Shown: positions 19,935 through 29,194, numbered from the stretch's first letter. The stretch is DNA of 64,000 nucleotides from Candidatus Bipolaricaulota bacterium (GCA_035528115.1 DATKZF010000003.1:227795-291794), one strand, 5' to 3'. Notes: generated by a model from the sequence alone, not told the origin. A program made the numbers and translations.

Positions 19935-20250
19935 AGATTTTTCTACAAGATATTACGAGATTATAAGATTCCTCATCTTGTGCCATCTTGTATTAATATC
20001 TCGTACATCTTGTAACTAATACAGATAAAAAACAGAGTAATCAATTACCCTATAAAAATTATAACTAACAAGAATTTAGCACGCCATTAAATAATAGTCA
20101 AGGTTTTTATTGATTTTTAGACAAATTTCACGACGAGGAAACAATTTGAGAAAATAGCTTGTTTACGTCCGCATTTTTAGCTAATTTTAGACAAAATATT
20201 AGAAATCAAATCAAATTCAAACAAAGACAATCCCCACCTTATTCACATTA

Positions 20251-20892
20251 TTAAAAAAACACGCGATATACGCCTTCAATAATAAAAGTGAATAAACCGC
20301 TAAAAATATTAATGTCCAAAATAAAATCCAAAAAGATCAAGGCCATTAAGAGCAATGGGCCTTTTTGGCTCAGCAACAATTTAATATGATTATATTTGGG
20401 AGCGCGCAAAACAGAAAATAAAACCTTTGAACCGTCGAGCGGAGGAATGGGAATTAAATTGAAAACCATTAAAACGATATTTATAATTATCAGTAAATTC
20501 AAAAACTCGATCAGCAAATTCCCTTCGGGCAAAACATTATAAACGAGCAACAATTTCAAAATGGCGCCGGAAATCAAAATCAAGATCAAATTGGAGGCCG
20601 GCCCGGCTAACGAAATCAAGGCCTCTCCCCATCTTTTGTTTTTCAAATTATAAGGATTGAACGGCACCGGCTTGCCCCAACCAAAGCCGATAAAAAGCAG
20701 CAACAAAAAACCGATGCCGCTCAAATGAGCCAATGGATTGAGGGTCAATCGCCCGTTGGCTTTGGCCGTATTGTCGCCCTGCCAAGTTCCGGCCAAAGCA
20801 TGGCTGAATTCATGAATGGTGATGGCGATAATAATGGCTATGAGCCAAGCGAAAAACATCGCGGGTTGTTGAAATAATAATGAAATAATCAT
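20251..20892 (-). CDS. Site-2 protease family zinc metalloprotease (peptidase M50)
   Basis: 213-aa polytopic membrane protein with 'HEFSH' (HExxH) in a TM segment and a downstream LDG motif. Confidence 0.7.
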   Translation of the reverse strand: MIISLLFQQPAMFFAWLIAIIIAITIHEFSHALAGTWQGDNTAKANGRLTLNPLAHLSGIGFLLLLFIGFGWGKPVPFNPYNLKNKRWGEALISLAGPASNLILILISGAILKLLLVYNVLPEGNLLIEFLNLLIIINIVLMVFNLIPIPPLDGSKVLFSVLRAPKYNHIKLLLSQKGPLLLMALIFLDFILDINIFSGLFTFIIEGVYRVFF

Positions 20893-21090
20893 AACAAGTT
20901 ACGAATTATTACCGCTAATTAGCTTGCCTTGGCGTTATATTTGTTACGAATATCGGTAATGGATGATGAGAAATTAGAAACTGGAAATTGGGGTTGGAAG
21001 CTGGGAAACCGGGGATGGAGAAATCTATTCCGAAGAATTAGGAAAAGATCTCTCCGCTTCGTCATCCTTCGCCGCGGCTTCGGACGACTT

Positions 21091-21110
21091 CCTGCCTGCC
21101 GGCAGGCAGG
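21091..21110. repeat. 20-bp perfect palindrome 'cctgcctgccggcaggcagg' (family member)
   Basis: Seen directly. It is embedded in a longer imperfect inverted repeat. Confidence 0.7.
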
Positions 21111-21308
21111 CGGTCGAGATGACAACAGCGTCGGCCTTGTTTCTCTATTTTTCTGTCTCATGTTCTTTTGTTTCATGCTTAATGATCCATGATACGTGTT
21201 ATGTGATACGTGCTATGTGTTCCGTGTTTCATGATCAAGACTTGATTTATTTTAACATACATGTTAAACTATTTCCATAATTCAGTAATTAACTAACGTC
21301 ACTATAAT

Positions 21309-21482
21309 ATGAAATCTTGCGAAATTTGCGGCAAAGGGCCGAAAAAAATGATTAAAAGAAGCCATTCCATGCAAGCGACGAAAACCTGGCAATATCCCAA
21401 TTTGCAATCGAAAAAAATAGACGGTAAAAAAGTCACGCTTTGCACCAGCTGCTTGAGCAGGAGAGCCAAAAACGCCAAGTAA
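21309..21482 (+). CDS. rpmB: 50S ribosomal protein L28
   Basis: 57-aa ORF, below the track threshold and found manually. 'MKSCEICGKGPKKMIKRSHSMQATKTWQYPNLQSKKIDGKKVTLCTSCLSRRAKNAK' matches the L28 pattern (C..C...G.......RSH.....K......PNLQ........V.LC..C). It is followed by a hairpin plus T-run terminator. Confidence 0.75.
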   Translation: MKSCEICGKGPKKMIKRSHSMQATKTWQYPNLQSKKIDGKKVTLCTSCLSRRAKNAK

Positions 21483-21498
21483 AAATTTTAGAAAAACT

Positions 21499-21524
21499 TA
21501 AAGCCCGCAAGGGCTTTTTTTGTT
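21499..21524 (+). terminator. Rho-independent terminator after rpmB
   Basis: 'aaagcccgcaagggcttttttt': a 7-bp GC-rich stem with a GCAA loop, followed by a T-run. Confidence 0.6.
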
Positions 21525-21579
21525 TTACTTTTAAAACAAAAAAACCGCCGTAAAAGGCGATGATTTTTAAATCTTTTTT

Positions 21580-21666
21580 TGGTGCCGGAGAGAGGACTCG
21601 AACCTCCATGGACTTGCGCCCACAGCGACCTGAACGCTGCGTGTATACCAATTTCACCACTCCGGC
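21580..21666 (-). tRNA. tRNA-Leu (anticodon CAG), CCA encoded
   Basis: The reverse complement 'GCCGGAGTGGTGAAATTGGTATACACGCAGCGTTCAGGTCGCTGTGGGCGCAAGTCCATGGAGGTTCGAGTCCTCTCTCCGGCACCA' folds as a cloverleaf. Acceptor pairs GCCGGAG with CTCCGGC. Anticodon loop is TTCAGGT. It has a long variable arm and a GGTTCGAGTCC T-arm. Confidence 0.8.
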
Positions 21667-21864
21667 CTACGCTTTCGCGCTGCTCAAGCTTCGGCCGGTC
21701 TTCGACTCCGAGGGCGACAATTTCGTCGCTCAGACTCGAGGAGCAGGCCGACTAAAGCTTGAAAAATTATTATAACAATCCTGTCTTCGATCCCCAAAAT
21801 GTCTAACAAGCGAAATGGCCTGCCATCCGAAGCTCCAACGAGCGGAGCGAGGAGGAGCGAAGGA

Positions 21865-21940
21865 TGGTGGACTTGAGGGGATTCGGACCCCTGACCTCTG
21901 CGATGCGAACGCAGCGCTCTACCAACTGAGCTACAAGCCC
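21865..21940 (-). tRNA. tRNA-Ala (anticodon CGC), CCA encoded
   Basis: The reverse complement 'GGGCTTGTAGCTCAGTTGGTAGAGCGCTGCGTTCGCATCGCAGAGGTCAGGGGTCCGAATCCCCTCAAGTCCACCA' is 76 nt. G3:U70 is present. Anticodon loop is TTCGCAT. Confidence 0.8.
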
Positions 21941-22158
21941 GAAATAATAAACCTCGCAACTGCCTGCCCGCCAAAACTTCAAATAAGCCTACAAGTGGCG
22001 GGCCTGCCCGCCGAAGCTCGAAGAGCGTAGGCGGGAGCTACAAGCCCTTGGGTCACATAGCACGTATCATGAAACATGAAACATGAAGCATGGGGCATGG
22101 GGCATTAAACAACATGCCGACTCATTATAGCCGATTTTTAAAATTTTTCCAAGGGGTT

Positions 22159-22626
22159 CTAATTCAACCGCCAAATTTGATAAGCCAAGTAAGTGGCGAA
22201 CGATACCCAAATAAAATAAGGTATAAGAAGCGCTGAGACTATTTTGAATTTTTTCCAAAAAATGATGATCAAGGCCAAAGTGGTCAAATTCAAAACAAGC
22301 ATCTCAATAATGGACCAGCCGATTTGATGCCAAGTAAAAAAAATCAAAGTCCAAGCCGCGTTCAAAATCGCGTTTGAAGAAAACAGCGCCAATATTTTAA
22401 ACGGAATTTTTTTTACATAAACTTTATTCCAAACCAGCAAAGCGGAAGCTGTTCCCAAAACATAAATAATCGTCCAAGCCGCGCCGATCAAAGATCCGGC
22501 CGGCGCGATTTTCGGCAAAGTCAAAGAATCATACCAATTCATTCCTTGGCCGGTAAAAAAAGAACCGAGCAAAGCCGCGGCCAAAACAACCAGCGGGATC
22601 GCGAGGTAATTAACTTTTATTTTCAT
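22159..22626 (-). CDS. TspO/MBR-like tryptophan-rich membrane protein
   Basis: 155 aa with five predicted TM helices, Trp-rich. Length and topology are typical of the TspO family. Confidence 0.5.
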   Translation of the reverse strand: MKIKVNYLAIPLVVLAAALLGSFFTGQGMNWYDSLTLPKIAPAGSLIGAAWTIIYVLGTASALLVWNKVYVKKIPFKILALFSSNAILNAAWTLIFFTWHQIGWSIIEMLVLNLTTLALIIIFWKKFKIVSALLIPYFIWVSFATYLAYQIWRLN

Positions 22627-23224
22627 AAAGATTCTTCAGTTTGATGAATTGCTTTAATTTTTTCACGGCCAAACCGCGATGACTCAAAGCGTTTTTTTCT
22701 TCATCCGTCATTTCCGCGAAAGTCGTTTCATAATCCGCGGGCGCGAAAATCAAATCATACGGCAAGCCCGGCCTTGGATCGCCTTTCGCCTGCTCAACGA
22801 TCTCGCCATCCACTCGGCCATCAAATGTCCATTCCTGGCCGTCCGAAGAAACCAAAGCAACCACGCATTCGAAATGAGCCGAGCGCTCCCCGACCGGAAC
22901 ATTGATCAATTGATTGAGCGCGTATTCGAATAAGCGATCGTGAGGAGTTTCTCCGTCTCCCCAACGCGCGGAATGAATGCCCGGCTGGCCATTGAGCGCG
23001 TCAATGCATAACCCGGAATCGTCGCCGATCGCCCACTCGCCCGTTTTTTCCGCGGCGAATCGAGCTTTTTTTAACGCATTTTCAGCGAATGTTTTGCCGT
23101 CTTCGACAATATCTTCACTAACCCCGGCGTCAGTCAAACTGACGATTTCCAAATTGGGATCATTAATCATCTCATTGAATTCTTTGACTTTGCCCGCGTT
23201 TTTCGTAGCGAAAATCAATTTCAT
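22610..23224 (-). CDS. rdgB: Non-canonical purine NTP pyrophosphatase (RdgB/HAM1 family)
   Basis: 204 aa. 'KLIFATKNAGKVKE...TFAENALKKAR...GDDSGLCIDALNGQPGIHSAR' matches the ITPase signature. Confidence 0.85.
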   Translation of the reverse strand: MKLIFATKNAGKVKEFNEMINDPNLEIVSLTDAGVSEDIVEDGKTFAENALKKARFAAEKTGEWAIGDDSGLCIDALNGQPGIHSARWGDGETPHDRLFEYALNQLINVPVGERSAHFECVVALVSSDGQEWTFDGRVDGEIVEQAKGDPRPGLPYDLIFAPADYETTFAEMTDEEKNALSHRGLAVKKLKQFIKLKNLYENKS

Positions 23225-23235
23225 ATTTTTTTTAT

Positions 23236-24429
23236 TTATTTTCCGACATAATCGATTCTGTAAATAACTCCGGCTTTGTCATCGGAAACGAACATGGCGC
23301 CCAAATTGTGAATGGCAATATCAACCGGCCGACCCAAAGCTTCATCGCCGGTCAACCAGCCGGTGATAAAATCTTCTGTTTCCAAATAATTTCCTTCAGC
23401 GTCGAATTTGACCCTGACGATTTTATAGCCGGTCGGCACTGTGCGATTCCACGACCCGTGGTAAGCGACCAACAAATCATTTTCATATTCCTTTGGCCAG
23501 GACGCGGTGGGCACAAATGATATGCCAAGCGGCGCCGAATGAGCAGGAATTTCCACGACAGGACTTTGAGTCGAAGCGCAAAAAGATTTTTTGGCGCCGG
23601 TCTCGTCAAAATTCGCGTCATTTACTTTATCGCCGTAACAATACGGCCAACCGTAATTTTTACCCTGAACTATTTCATTGATTTCATCCGGCGGCAATTC
23701 ATCGCCCAAGTTATCGCGACCCATTTCCGTGGCGAATAATTTTCCGGTCAACGGACTGATGGCCATAAAGACCGAATTTCTCAAACCGGAAGCGTAGGGT
23801 CTCAAATTCGAGCCGTCCGCATCGACAATCAAAATCGAGGCTCGGCGCCAATCGTCTTCCACGCAAGTGTCGCAAGAAGAACCGACCGAAATCAATAACT
23901 TGTCTTTATTCAAAAATTTAAGAGTGCGCGTCCAATGCTCGCCGTCGCCGGGCAAATCGATCAATTTTTCTTGATTGGTCGCGGTCATGGTGTCCGAATC
24001 ATAATCGAAAACGGAAACCTTGTCCGTCTCGGCCACATAAAGCCGACAATCGTTGACGCATCTTATGGCCAAGCCGTGCGGCTGATTCAAATTCTCGGCC
24101 ACCACAATCTGCTCATCAGCTTTTCTGTCCCCATCTTTGTCCGGCAGAGCTACCACTTTGCCTTCTTGCGGCAAACTGACCAACACATTGCTTTTCATGT
24201 CAAAAAGAATGACTCTCGGCTGATTCAAATCCTTGGCGAACACGGTGATGCTAAAACCATCTGGCACGCTGAGCGGCAAGTCGGTGTCATTGGCGGCAAT
24301 ATCATACGGAGCGTCAAGAAACGCCGGAGCGAGCCCGCGATAATATTTGCGGTACACAAACCCGACCGCGATCAGCGCCAAAACCGCTATTGCGGCGATA
24401 ATTATCAAAACCAAATTTTTTCTCTTCAT
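23236..24429 (-). CDS. Soluble quinoprotein glucose/sorbosone dehydrogenase-like beta-propeller protein with an N-terminal TM anchor
   Basis: 397 aa. Family-typical motifs ('GWPYCYG', 'RPVDIAI...DGA') and propeller-like repeats. Confidence 0.65.
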   Translation of the reverse strand: MKRKNLVLIIIAAIAVLALIAVGFVYRKYYRGLAPAFLDAPYDIAANDTDLPLSVPDGFSITVFAKDLNQPRVILFDMKSNVLVSLPQEGKVVALPDKDGDRKADEQIVVAENLNQPHGLAIRCVNDCRLYVAETDKVSVFDYDSDTMTATNQEKLIDLPGDGEHWTRTLKFLNKDKLLISVGSSCDTCVEDDWRRASILIVDADGSNLRPYASGLRNSVFMAISPLTGKLFATEMGRDNLGDELPPDEINEIVQGKNYGWPYCYGDKVNDANFDETGAKKSFCASTQSPVVEIPAHSAPLGISFVPTASWPKEYENDLLVAYHGSWNRTVPTGYKIVRVKFDAEGNYLETEDFITGWLTGDEALGRPVDIAIHNLGAMFVSDDKAGVIYRIDYVGK

Positions 24430-24488
24430 AAAAAAATTAAATTAATTCATCTATCTATCATTCTTCCATTTTTTGGGTGGATTTGTCA

Positions 24489-24520
24489 AAAATCAAAAGA
24501 GTCGGCCACCAGCCAAACTC
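24489..24520 (-). terminator. Hairpin terminator downstream of the DUF378 gene
   Basis: 'aaaagagtcggccaccagccaaactctttt': an 8-bp stem flanked by A/T runs. Confidence 0.45.
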
Positions 24521-24533
24521 TTTTGATGAGGAT

Positions 24534-24743
24534 TTACTTTTTCGCGAATTTCGGAGAAACAAAGATTAAATACAACGCGGCCAAACCGACCAGAACATAG
24601 ACGAGTCTCGCGATCGTGCTTCCCGCTCCGCCAAAAATCCAGGCCACGAGATCGAACTTAAAAATGCCCACCAAACCCCAATTCAGACCGCCGATAATCG
24701 CAAAAACCATGGCGACCCAATCGAGCGTGCTTAATTTTTTCAT
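24534..24743 (-). CDS. DUF378-family small membrane protein
   Basis: 69 aa with two TM helices and a 'GGLNWGL' motif typical of DUF378. Confidence 0.6.
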   Translation of the reverse strand: MKKLSTLDWVAMVFAIIGGLNWGLVGIFKFDLVAWIFGGAGSTIARLVYVLVGLAALYLIFVSPKFAKK

Positions 24744-24865
24744 ACGATTTTGCCCATTAATATTTTAAGCCTATATATAGTATAGCACAAAACAGGCTTT
24801 ATTCAATTTGACATTGTTCGATTCAGAAAATAAAATGGAAACGACTCAAACCAGGAAGGTGTGCC

Positions 24866-25072
24866 ATGGAATTCTCCTGTAAAGACTGCCGAAATGAGGA
24901 CGACTCCCGTCAAATACGCGCCCGCGCAATGAAAGGAGTTTTACCTGCGGAGGAAAGAGACGCCATCAACAATCATGTGGGAAAATGCACCTCGCCGGCC
25001 TGCGTCAGGCTCAAGAAATCGCTCGAGCTCATTGCCACCGCCATCATCAGACCCGGAGAGGCCTCCCCATGA
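24866..25072 (+). CDS. Hypothetical small Cys-containing protein (possible zinc-finger)
   Basis: 68-aa ORF with CKDC...H...C....C spacing. It sits in a GC-rich islet. Coding status is uncertain. Confidence 0.3.
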   Translation: MEFSCKDCRNEDDSRQIRARAMKGVLPAEERDAINNHVGKCTSPACVRLKKSLELIATAIIRPGEASP

Positions 25073-25104
25073 AGACCGCTTTGTCCTCGAACATCGCGGC
25101 CTTT

Positions 25105-25539
25105 TTAATTTCTCGAATATTTACCCATCAGTTCAGCTTGAGCGAGGATATGTCCTTTCATGGCCGAGTCAAGTTTAGAAATATCCGCTCCCCCGTCCAA
25201 GGTCAATTCAATGTCCAGAGCGAACAATTTGAAAAAATAACGATGCTCGCCCGACCCGGGGCACGGTCCGCCATAGCCGACCCGGCCGAAGCTGGTGACG
25301 CCTTCCACTCCGGGATCGGAATTTTCTTCGATTTTTAAAATTTTAGAATCAATGTTCCAGACAGTCCAATGCGTCCACGTTACTCTCGGAGAATCAGGAT
25401 CATCGCAAATTAAGACCAAACTTTTCGCGTTTTCCGGAACGTCCGAAATCATCAGCGGCGGATTGATATTTTCTCCGTCGCAAGTGTATTTGACCGGAAT
25501 GGCTCGGCCGGAAGTAAATTCCGGAGATTGAATTTTCAT
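25105..25539 (-). CDS. YbhB/YbcL family Raf-kinase-inhibitor-like protein (PEBP)
   Basis: 144 aa. 'LVLICDDPDSP...WTHWTVWNI', 'GYGGPCPGSGEHRYFFKLFAL' match the bacterial PEBP signature. Confidence 0.8.
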   Translation of the reverse strand: MKIQSPEFTSGRAIPVKYTCDGENINPPLMISDVPENAKSLVLICDDPDSPRVTWTHWTVWNIDSKILKIEENSDPGVEGVTSFGRVGYGGPCPGSGEHRYFFKLFALDIELTLDGGADISKLDSAMKGHILAQAELMGKYSRN

Positions 25540-25655
25540 ATTTTTGATGAATTATTCATTATTTTTTAATAATTTTCACACTGAGCACTTGACAAATCAC
25601 TAAAATATTAGTAAGTTTTAATGACCTGAAAAAACGCAAACACAGGAGGAACGCG

Positions 25656-26261
25656 GTGAAAAATATCACATTGACACTGGCGGCAATGGTCGTTCTTTTC
25701 CAGAGTCTGCCCGCCCGGGCCGAGGTCAGCTGGCAGGATGGCGCCCGAGTGAGACTGCTCCTACATGGAGGCAAGCAGCTGACGGAAAGTCTCAAAATCA
25801 AGGGGACGTTCATCCCCAGCGGCAACCTCGTCGGAGGATTATCGCCGCTGATGTACCTCGGGCTGAACATCAATCTGCCCAAGGGCTGGGCGATCGCGCC
25901 CACCGCTGGCTACTCGTTCGCGGCCGACGAAAATTCCCCGATCATCGCCGTGCAGATCAGCTTCGAAAACGACCTGGTGATGTCCTGGTCGGACGTCGAG
26001 TACTCGATGCTACCGCATCATTGTTTGTACTGGTTCAGTCAGCTCGAGGGCAAGGCCACGGACTGGCTGATGCTGGGCATCGAGGGCGAAGGTTGGGGCA
26101 GAATCGACAACATCAACTACCGCTCGGACGGTGGCGGGCTGAACATCTTGTTCGTCTTCAAAATGTTCGAGATTGACCTGGCCGTGCACGCTCGCACGCT
26201 GGCCGGAACTTCGGACACGGGCTTCGAGCTGGTGACGCGTGTCCACGCGTTCCTGTTCTGA
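25656..26261 (+). CDS. Hypothetical secreted protein (signal peptide, beta-rich) in a GC-rich islet
   Basis: 201 aa with an N-terminal signal peptide 'MKNITLTLAAMVVLFQSLPARA'. GC is about 60% against a ~40% background. A terminator-like hairpin plus T-run follows at 26290-26325. Confidence 0.45.
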   Translation: MKNITLTLAAMVVLFQSLPARAEVSWQDGARVRLLLHGGKQLTESLKIKGTFIPSGNLVGGLSPLMYLGLNINLPKGWAIAPTAGYSFAADENSPIIAVQISFENDLVMSWSDVEYSMLPHHCLYWFSQLEGKATDWLMLGIEGEGWGRIDNINYRSDGGGLNILFVFKMFEIDLAVHARTLAGTSDTGFELVTRVHAFLF

Positions 26262-26337
26262 CGGACACGACCGCTACAATTCAAAGGAGGTTTCCATGCC
26301 CAGCGCATCGCGCCGGGCTTTTTTTATTTTTCTATAA

Positions 26338-27552
26338 TCAAACTTTTTCCAATTTTACACATGGTTGTTTAACTTTTCGCACTCTGAAAAATATTATTAC
26401 AAATAGGCCGATCGCAAAAGAAAAAACAAACGGATATTCGATATTTTCGCTGATCAACCAAGCGCCGATAAATAATAGAGGGATATCGAATACGCTCTTG
26501 ATGAAATTCGACAAGGATAGGGTTGTCGCTCTGTTAAACGCGCAACATTTTTTATTGTAAAATTCCGAATACAGCGGCCAGCGCATCACCTCGAACATAT
26601 CCATGACAAAAAACGTAATCAACATCACATAGCCGTTTCGTAAAAAAACCAATTCCAAAACCAATAGAGCGGCCGCGGCCACAAATCCAGCATTGATCAA
26701 ATTTATTCTGCGCGCCAATGACTTGTTTTTTAAAAATGAAGAAACGTATTGATTTAGAAAAAAAACGACCGCGTGAAATATTCCCCAACCGATTCCCAAG
26801 GTCAAAACAGATATGCCGATATTAACAAAAAACTCTTGATGAAATCGCCAAATGATAAATGAAGCGATAAAGATCAAAGTTTTGCTTAAAATCGCTTTCA
26901 TGAATTGCCAATCCGATCTGATCAATTTTACCGCGTCTTTCATCACCCCGGCCTCCATTTTTTCAACATCGACGTGATGGTTGGGCTCGACGAGTCTAAA
27001 GGCGAAAATCAAAGATGCGACCGAGGCGACAAATTCCAGCGCTATTAAAATATCAAATTGCCATTCCAATAAATCTTTGGCGACCAGCGCGCCGATCACG
27101 GGCATGAATATTTTAAATATTCGCTGACCGGAATAATATTTGCCCAGTTTTTCCAAACTGTTTCCTTCATTTCCCAATTCTTTATTGGTGTCATACAGCA
27201 GCGCTTCGTCAGTGCCGGTAAAACAAGCGAATGACAAAGATAAAAGTCCGGCCGCGACGATAAACCACAAAAAATCCGCGGCGAAAAGCATTATTATCCA
27301 TTGAAAACACGCCAACGCTACGCCCAGTATCATTGTTTTCTTTCTCCCCCAGCGGTCAGCCAAATAACTGGAAGGGACCTCGAACAGTAATCCGACAACT
27401 GCCCAAGCGATGGCCAAATAAAAAATTTCGGCCAATGTCAGTCCCCTGTGCAAATAAAACAAAGTCATGACCACGTTCATGACCTTGAAATTCAGGAACG
27501 CTTGGAGCCAAAACATTAACTTATAATTTTTCTTCAAATATTTCTTTATCAT
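26338..27552 (-). CDS. MFS transporter
   Basis: 404 aa, about 12 TM helices. 'LADRWGRKKTMILG' matches the MFS motif A. Confidence 0.8.
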   Translation of the reverse strand: MIKKYLKKNYKLMFWLQAFLNFKVMNVVMTLFYLHRGLTLAEIFYLAIAWAVVGLLFEVPSSYLADRWGRKKTMILGVALACFQWIIMLFAADFLWFIVAAGLLSLSFACFTGTDEALLYDTNKELGNEGNSLEKLGKYYSGQRIFKIFMPVIGALVAKDLLEWQFDILIALEFVASVASLIFAFRLVEPNHHVDVEKMEAGVMKDAVKLIRSDWQFMKAILSKTLIFIASFIIWRFHQEFFVNIGISVLTLGIGWGIFHAVVFFLNQYVSSFLKNKSLARRINLINAGFVAAAALLVLELVFLRNGYVMLITFFVMDMFEVMRWPLYSEFYNKKCCAFNRATTLSLSNFIKSVFDIPLLFIGAWLISENIEYPFVFSFAIGLFVIIFFRVRKVKQPCVKLEKV

Positions 27553-27577
27553 GAAAAAACGTTATCAACTTTTGCGA

Positions 27578-28624
27578 CTATAGATGATTTTCAAATTTCT
27601 CCGCCAAATAATCGAACAACCTTTGATGAAGCGAAAGCAAATACTCGAAATATTTTCTATTTTCTTTTTCCCCGTAAAAATCTCCGGCGCCAAGGTCAAC
27701 CAAAATCGAACCCATGGTTCTTTCCAATAAAAGCAAATGAATTTTCTTGTCAAAATCCGGATCGAGTTTGACCACCGGAATTTGGCGGTAAACATCCAGC
27801 CATTTATTCACGTATTCAATCATTTCTTCGAAAGTATAACCAACGTCTCTGATATGAAGCAGGCACGCCCAGATATTAAACGCCAGATCATACCACTGCG
27901 GCCGATATGACCAAAATAAATTCGACAAAATAACATATTGGCCGCTTGGCATTTTATAAACATCGTCAGCGGTCAGGTGGCCGTGAGAAAATACCATGGC
28001 AAAATCAGCAAAATGCTTTTTTACAATTTCCAAATACTTTTCCAAATACTTTTCCAAATACGGCTCGTAATCTTCTTTCTTCAATCGGCCGACGGATTCT
28101 GAAATCTTTTGCCAATTTTCAGCGCGATCAAGCGAGAATTTTACTACGTCAAGATTCTCCGGCTCGAGCCAAGGCTTGGTTAAGGCGGAAGTTCTGTACT
28201 CTTGATAAAATTCCGCAAAATCATTCATTTCCTCGTCGTTGGCAAAAGGCATTTCAAAAATTTTCAACGCGTCAATATATTCGGTGATCAAATAACCGTA
28301 GCCTTTTTTTTCATCAAAAAATTCATAAGCGAAAAGCTCGGGCAAGCGGACTTTCTGGCTGCCATTTTGCTCGCTGAACTTTTCCAAAATCTTTGCTTCA
28401 TCAACTTCCGGTTTTAATCCCTGCAATTTCAAAACCGCGGGCTTGCCTTGGTATTCGCCTTTGTAAATCAAACTGCCGACTTTATTTTTTTGATAAATAA
28501 CGCCGCGAAAAATTTCTTTTTCAAGCTCAAAACCGGTTTTTGCCAGCACTTCGGCCAAAACTTCTTCTTCCCTGTCAGCGAAATTGGCTTGGCTGAAGTA
28601 TTTTTCCGTTATTTTATTGGACAT
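27578..28624 (-). CDS. Aminoglycoside-phosphotransferase-like / protein-kinase-like phosphotransferase
   Basis: 348 aa. 'SHGHLTADDV' resembles the catalytic loop and a Brenner-like motif. It contains an in-frame tandem codon repeat, EKYLEKYLE. Confidence 0.55.
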   Translation of the reverse strand: MSNKITEKYFSQANFADREEEVLAEVLAKTGFELEKEIFRGVIYQKNKVGSLIYKGEYQGKPAVLKLQGLKPEVDEAKILEKFSEQNGSQKVRLPELFAYEFFDEKKGYGYLITEYIDALKIFEMPFANDEEMNDFAEFYQEYRTSALTKPWLEPENLDVVKFSLDRAENWQKISESVGRLKKEDYEPYLEKYLEKYLEIVKKHFADFAMVFSHGHLTADDVYKMPSGQYVILSNLFWSYRPQWYDLAFNIWACLLHIRDVGYTFEEMIEYVNKWLDVYRQIPVVKLDPDFDKKIHLLLLERTMGSILVDLGAGDFYGEKENRKYFEYLLSLHQRLFDYLAEKFENHL

Positions 28625-28669
28625 AATGTTAACTACATTATAAAAAGCCCGCCATATTATAGCAAGCTT

Positions 28670-29194
28670 TCAGCTTTCCTCCATGATTTTTCTCCTCCTG
28701 GCCAGCATTGCCTCACGAACGGCCGGAACATGCAGACCGATGACATCAAGCGGCGTGGCGAGCAAGGTCTGCTTGAACCATTCGATCACTTTGCCGCTCA
28801 TGTCATAGGTGATGACCAGCGGCCACTTGCCCAAAATCAGCCGAGCCAGAACGCGGACCTTCATGGCCCGCGCCGCGTCGCAAAAGATGATGATCCGGTC
28901 TGGCCGCAACCTCTTTTCCGCCATGACTTTTCGCGCGCCATGGAGATTCTCGGCCGTGGTCCTGGCGGATTCGTCCAAATGGATGGGCTGAAATACTTTT
29001 TGCGACCGCAAGTACTCGGCTATCACACTCGCCTCGCTTTTGCCCGGCGCCGACCTTTTGTTCGTGAACCCGCCGCTGCAGATAATCGCGGCCAGCGAAT
29101 TATACCTGGCGAAGTTCGCCACCATATCCAAGTAGCGTTTCAAATCGTCGCTCAAATGACAGCCATAGCCCATGACAATGGCGATTGACTTCAT
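28670..29194 (-). CDS. YdcF/DUF218-family protein in a GC-rich islet
   Basis: 174 aa. 'IICSGGFTNKRSAPGKSEASVIAEYL...LDESARTTAENL' matches the DUF218 pattern. GC is about 60%. Confidence 0.6.
   Translation of the reverse strand: MKSIAIVMGYGCHLSDDLKRYLDMVANFARYNSLAAIICSGGFTNKRSAPGKSEASVIAEYLRSQKVFQPIHLDESARTTAENLHGARKVMAEKRLRPDRIIIFCDAARAMKVRVLARLILGKWPLVITYDMSGKVIEWFKQTLLATPLDVIGLHVPAVREAMLARRRKIMEES

Noticed and set aside
20919-21192. Overlapping ORFs 20919-21176 (-) and 20929-21192 (+)
   Set aside because: They span an intergenic repeat/palindrome region (CCTGCCTGCC...GGCAGGCAGG, ATGATACGTG motifs). They are antisense to each other with repeat-derived, low-complexity translations.
21684-21974. 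ORFs overlapping the tRNA-Leu/tRNA-Ala genes (21560-21775 +, 21684-21974 -, 21815-22030 +)
   Set aside because: They are fully explained by the two tRNA genes and GC-rich spacer repeats.
22025-22040. 13-nt duplicate of the tRNA-Ala 5' end ('gagctacaagccc') as a possible integrase att site
   Set aside because: It is too short. It lies on the 5' side of the tRNA, whereas integrases usually target 3' ends. No integrase gene is nearby. It is reported only as part of the repeat context.
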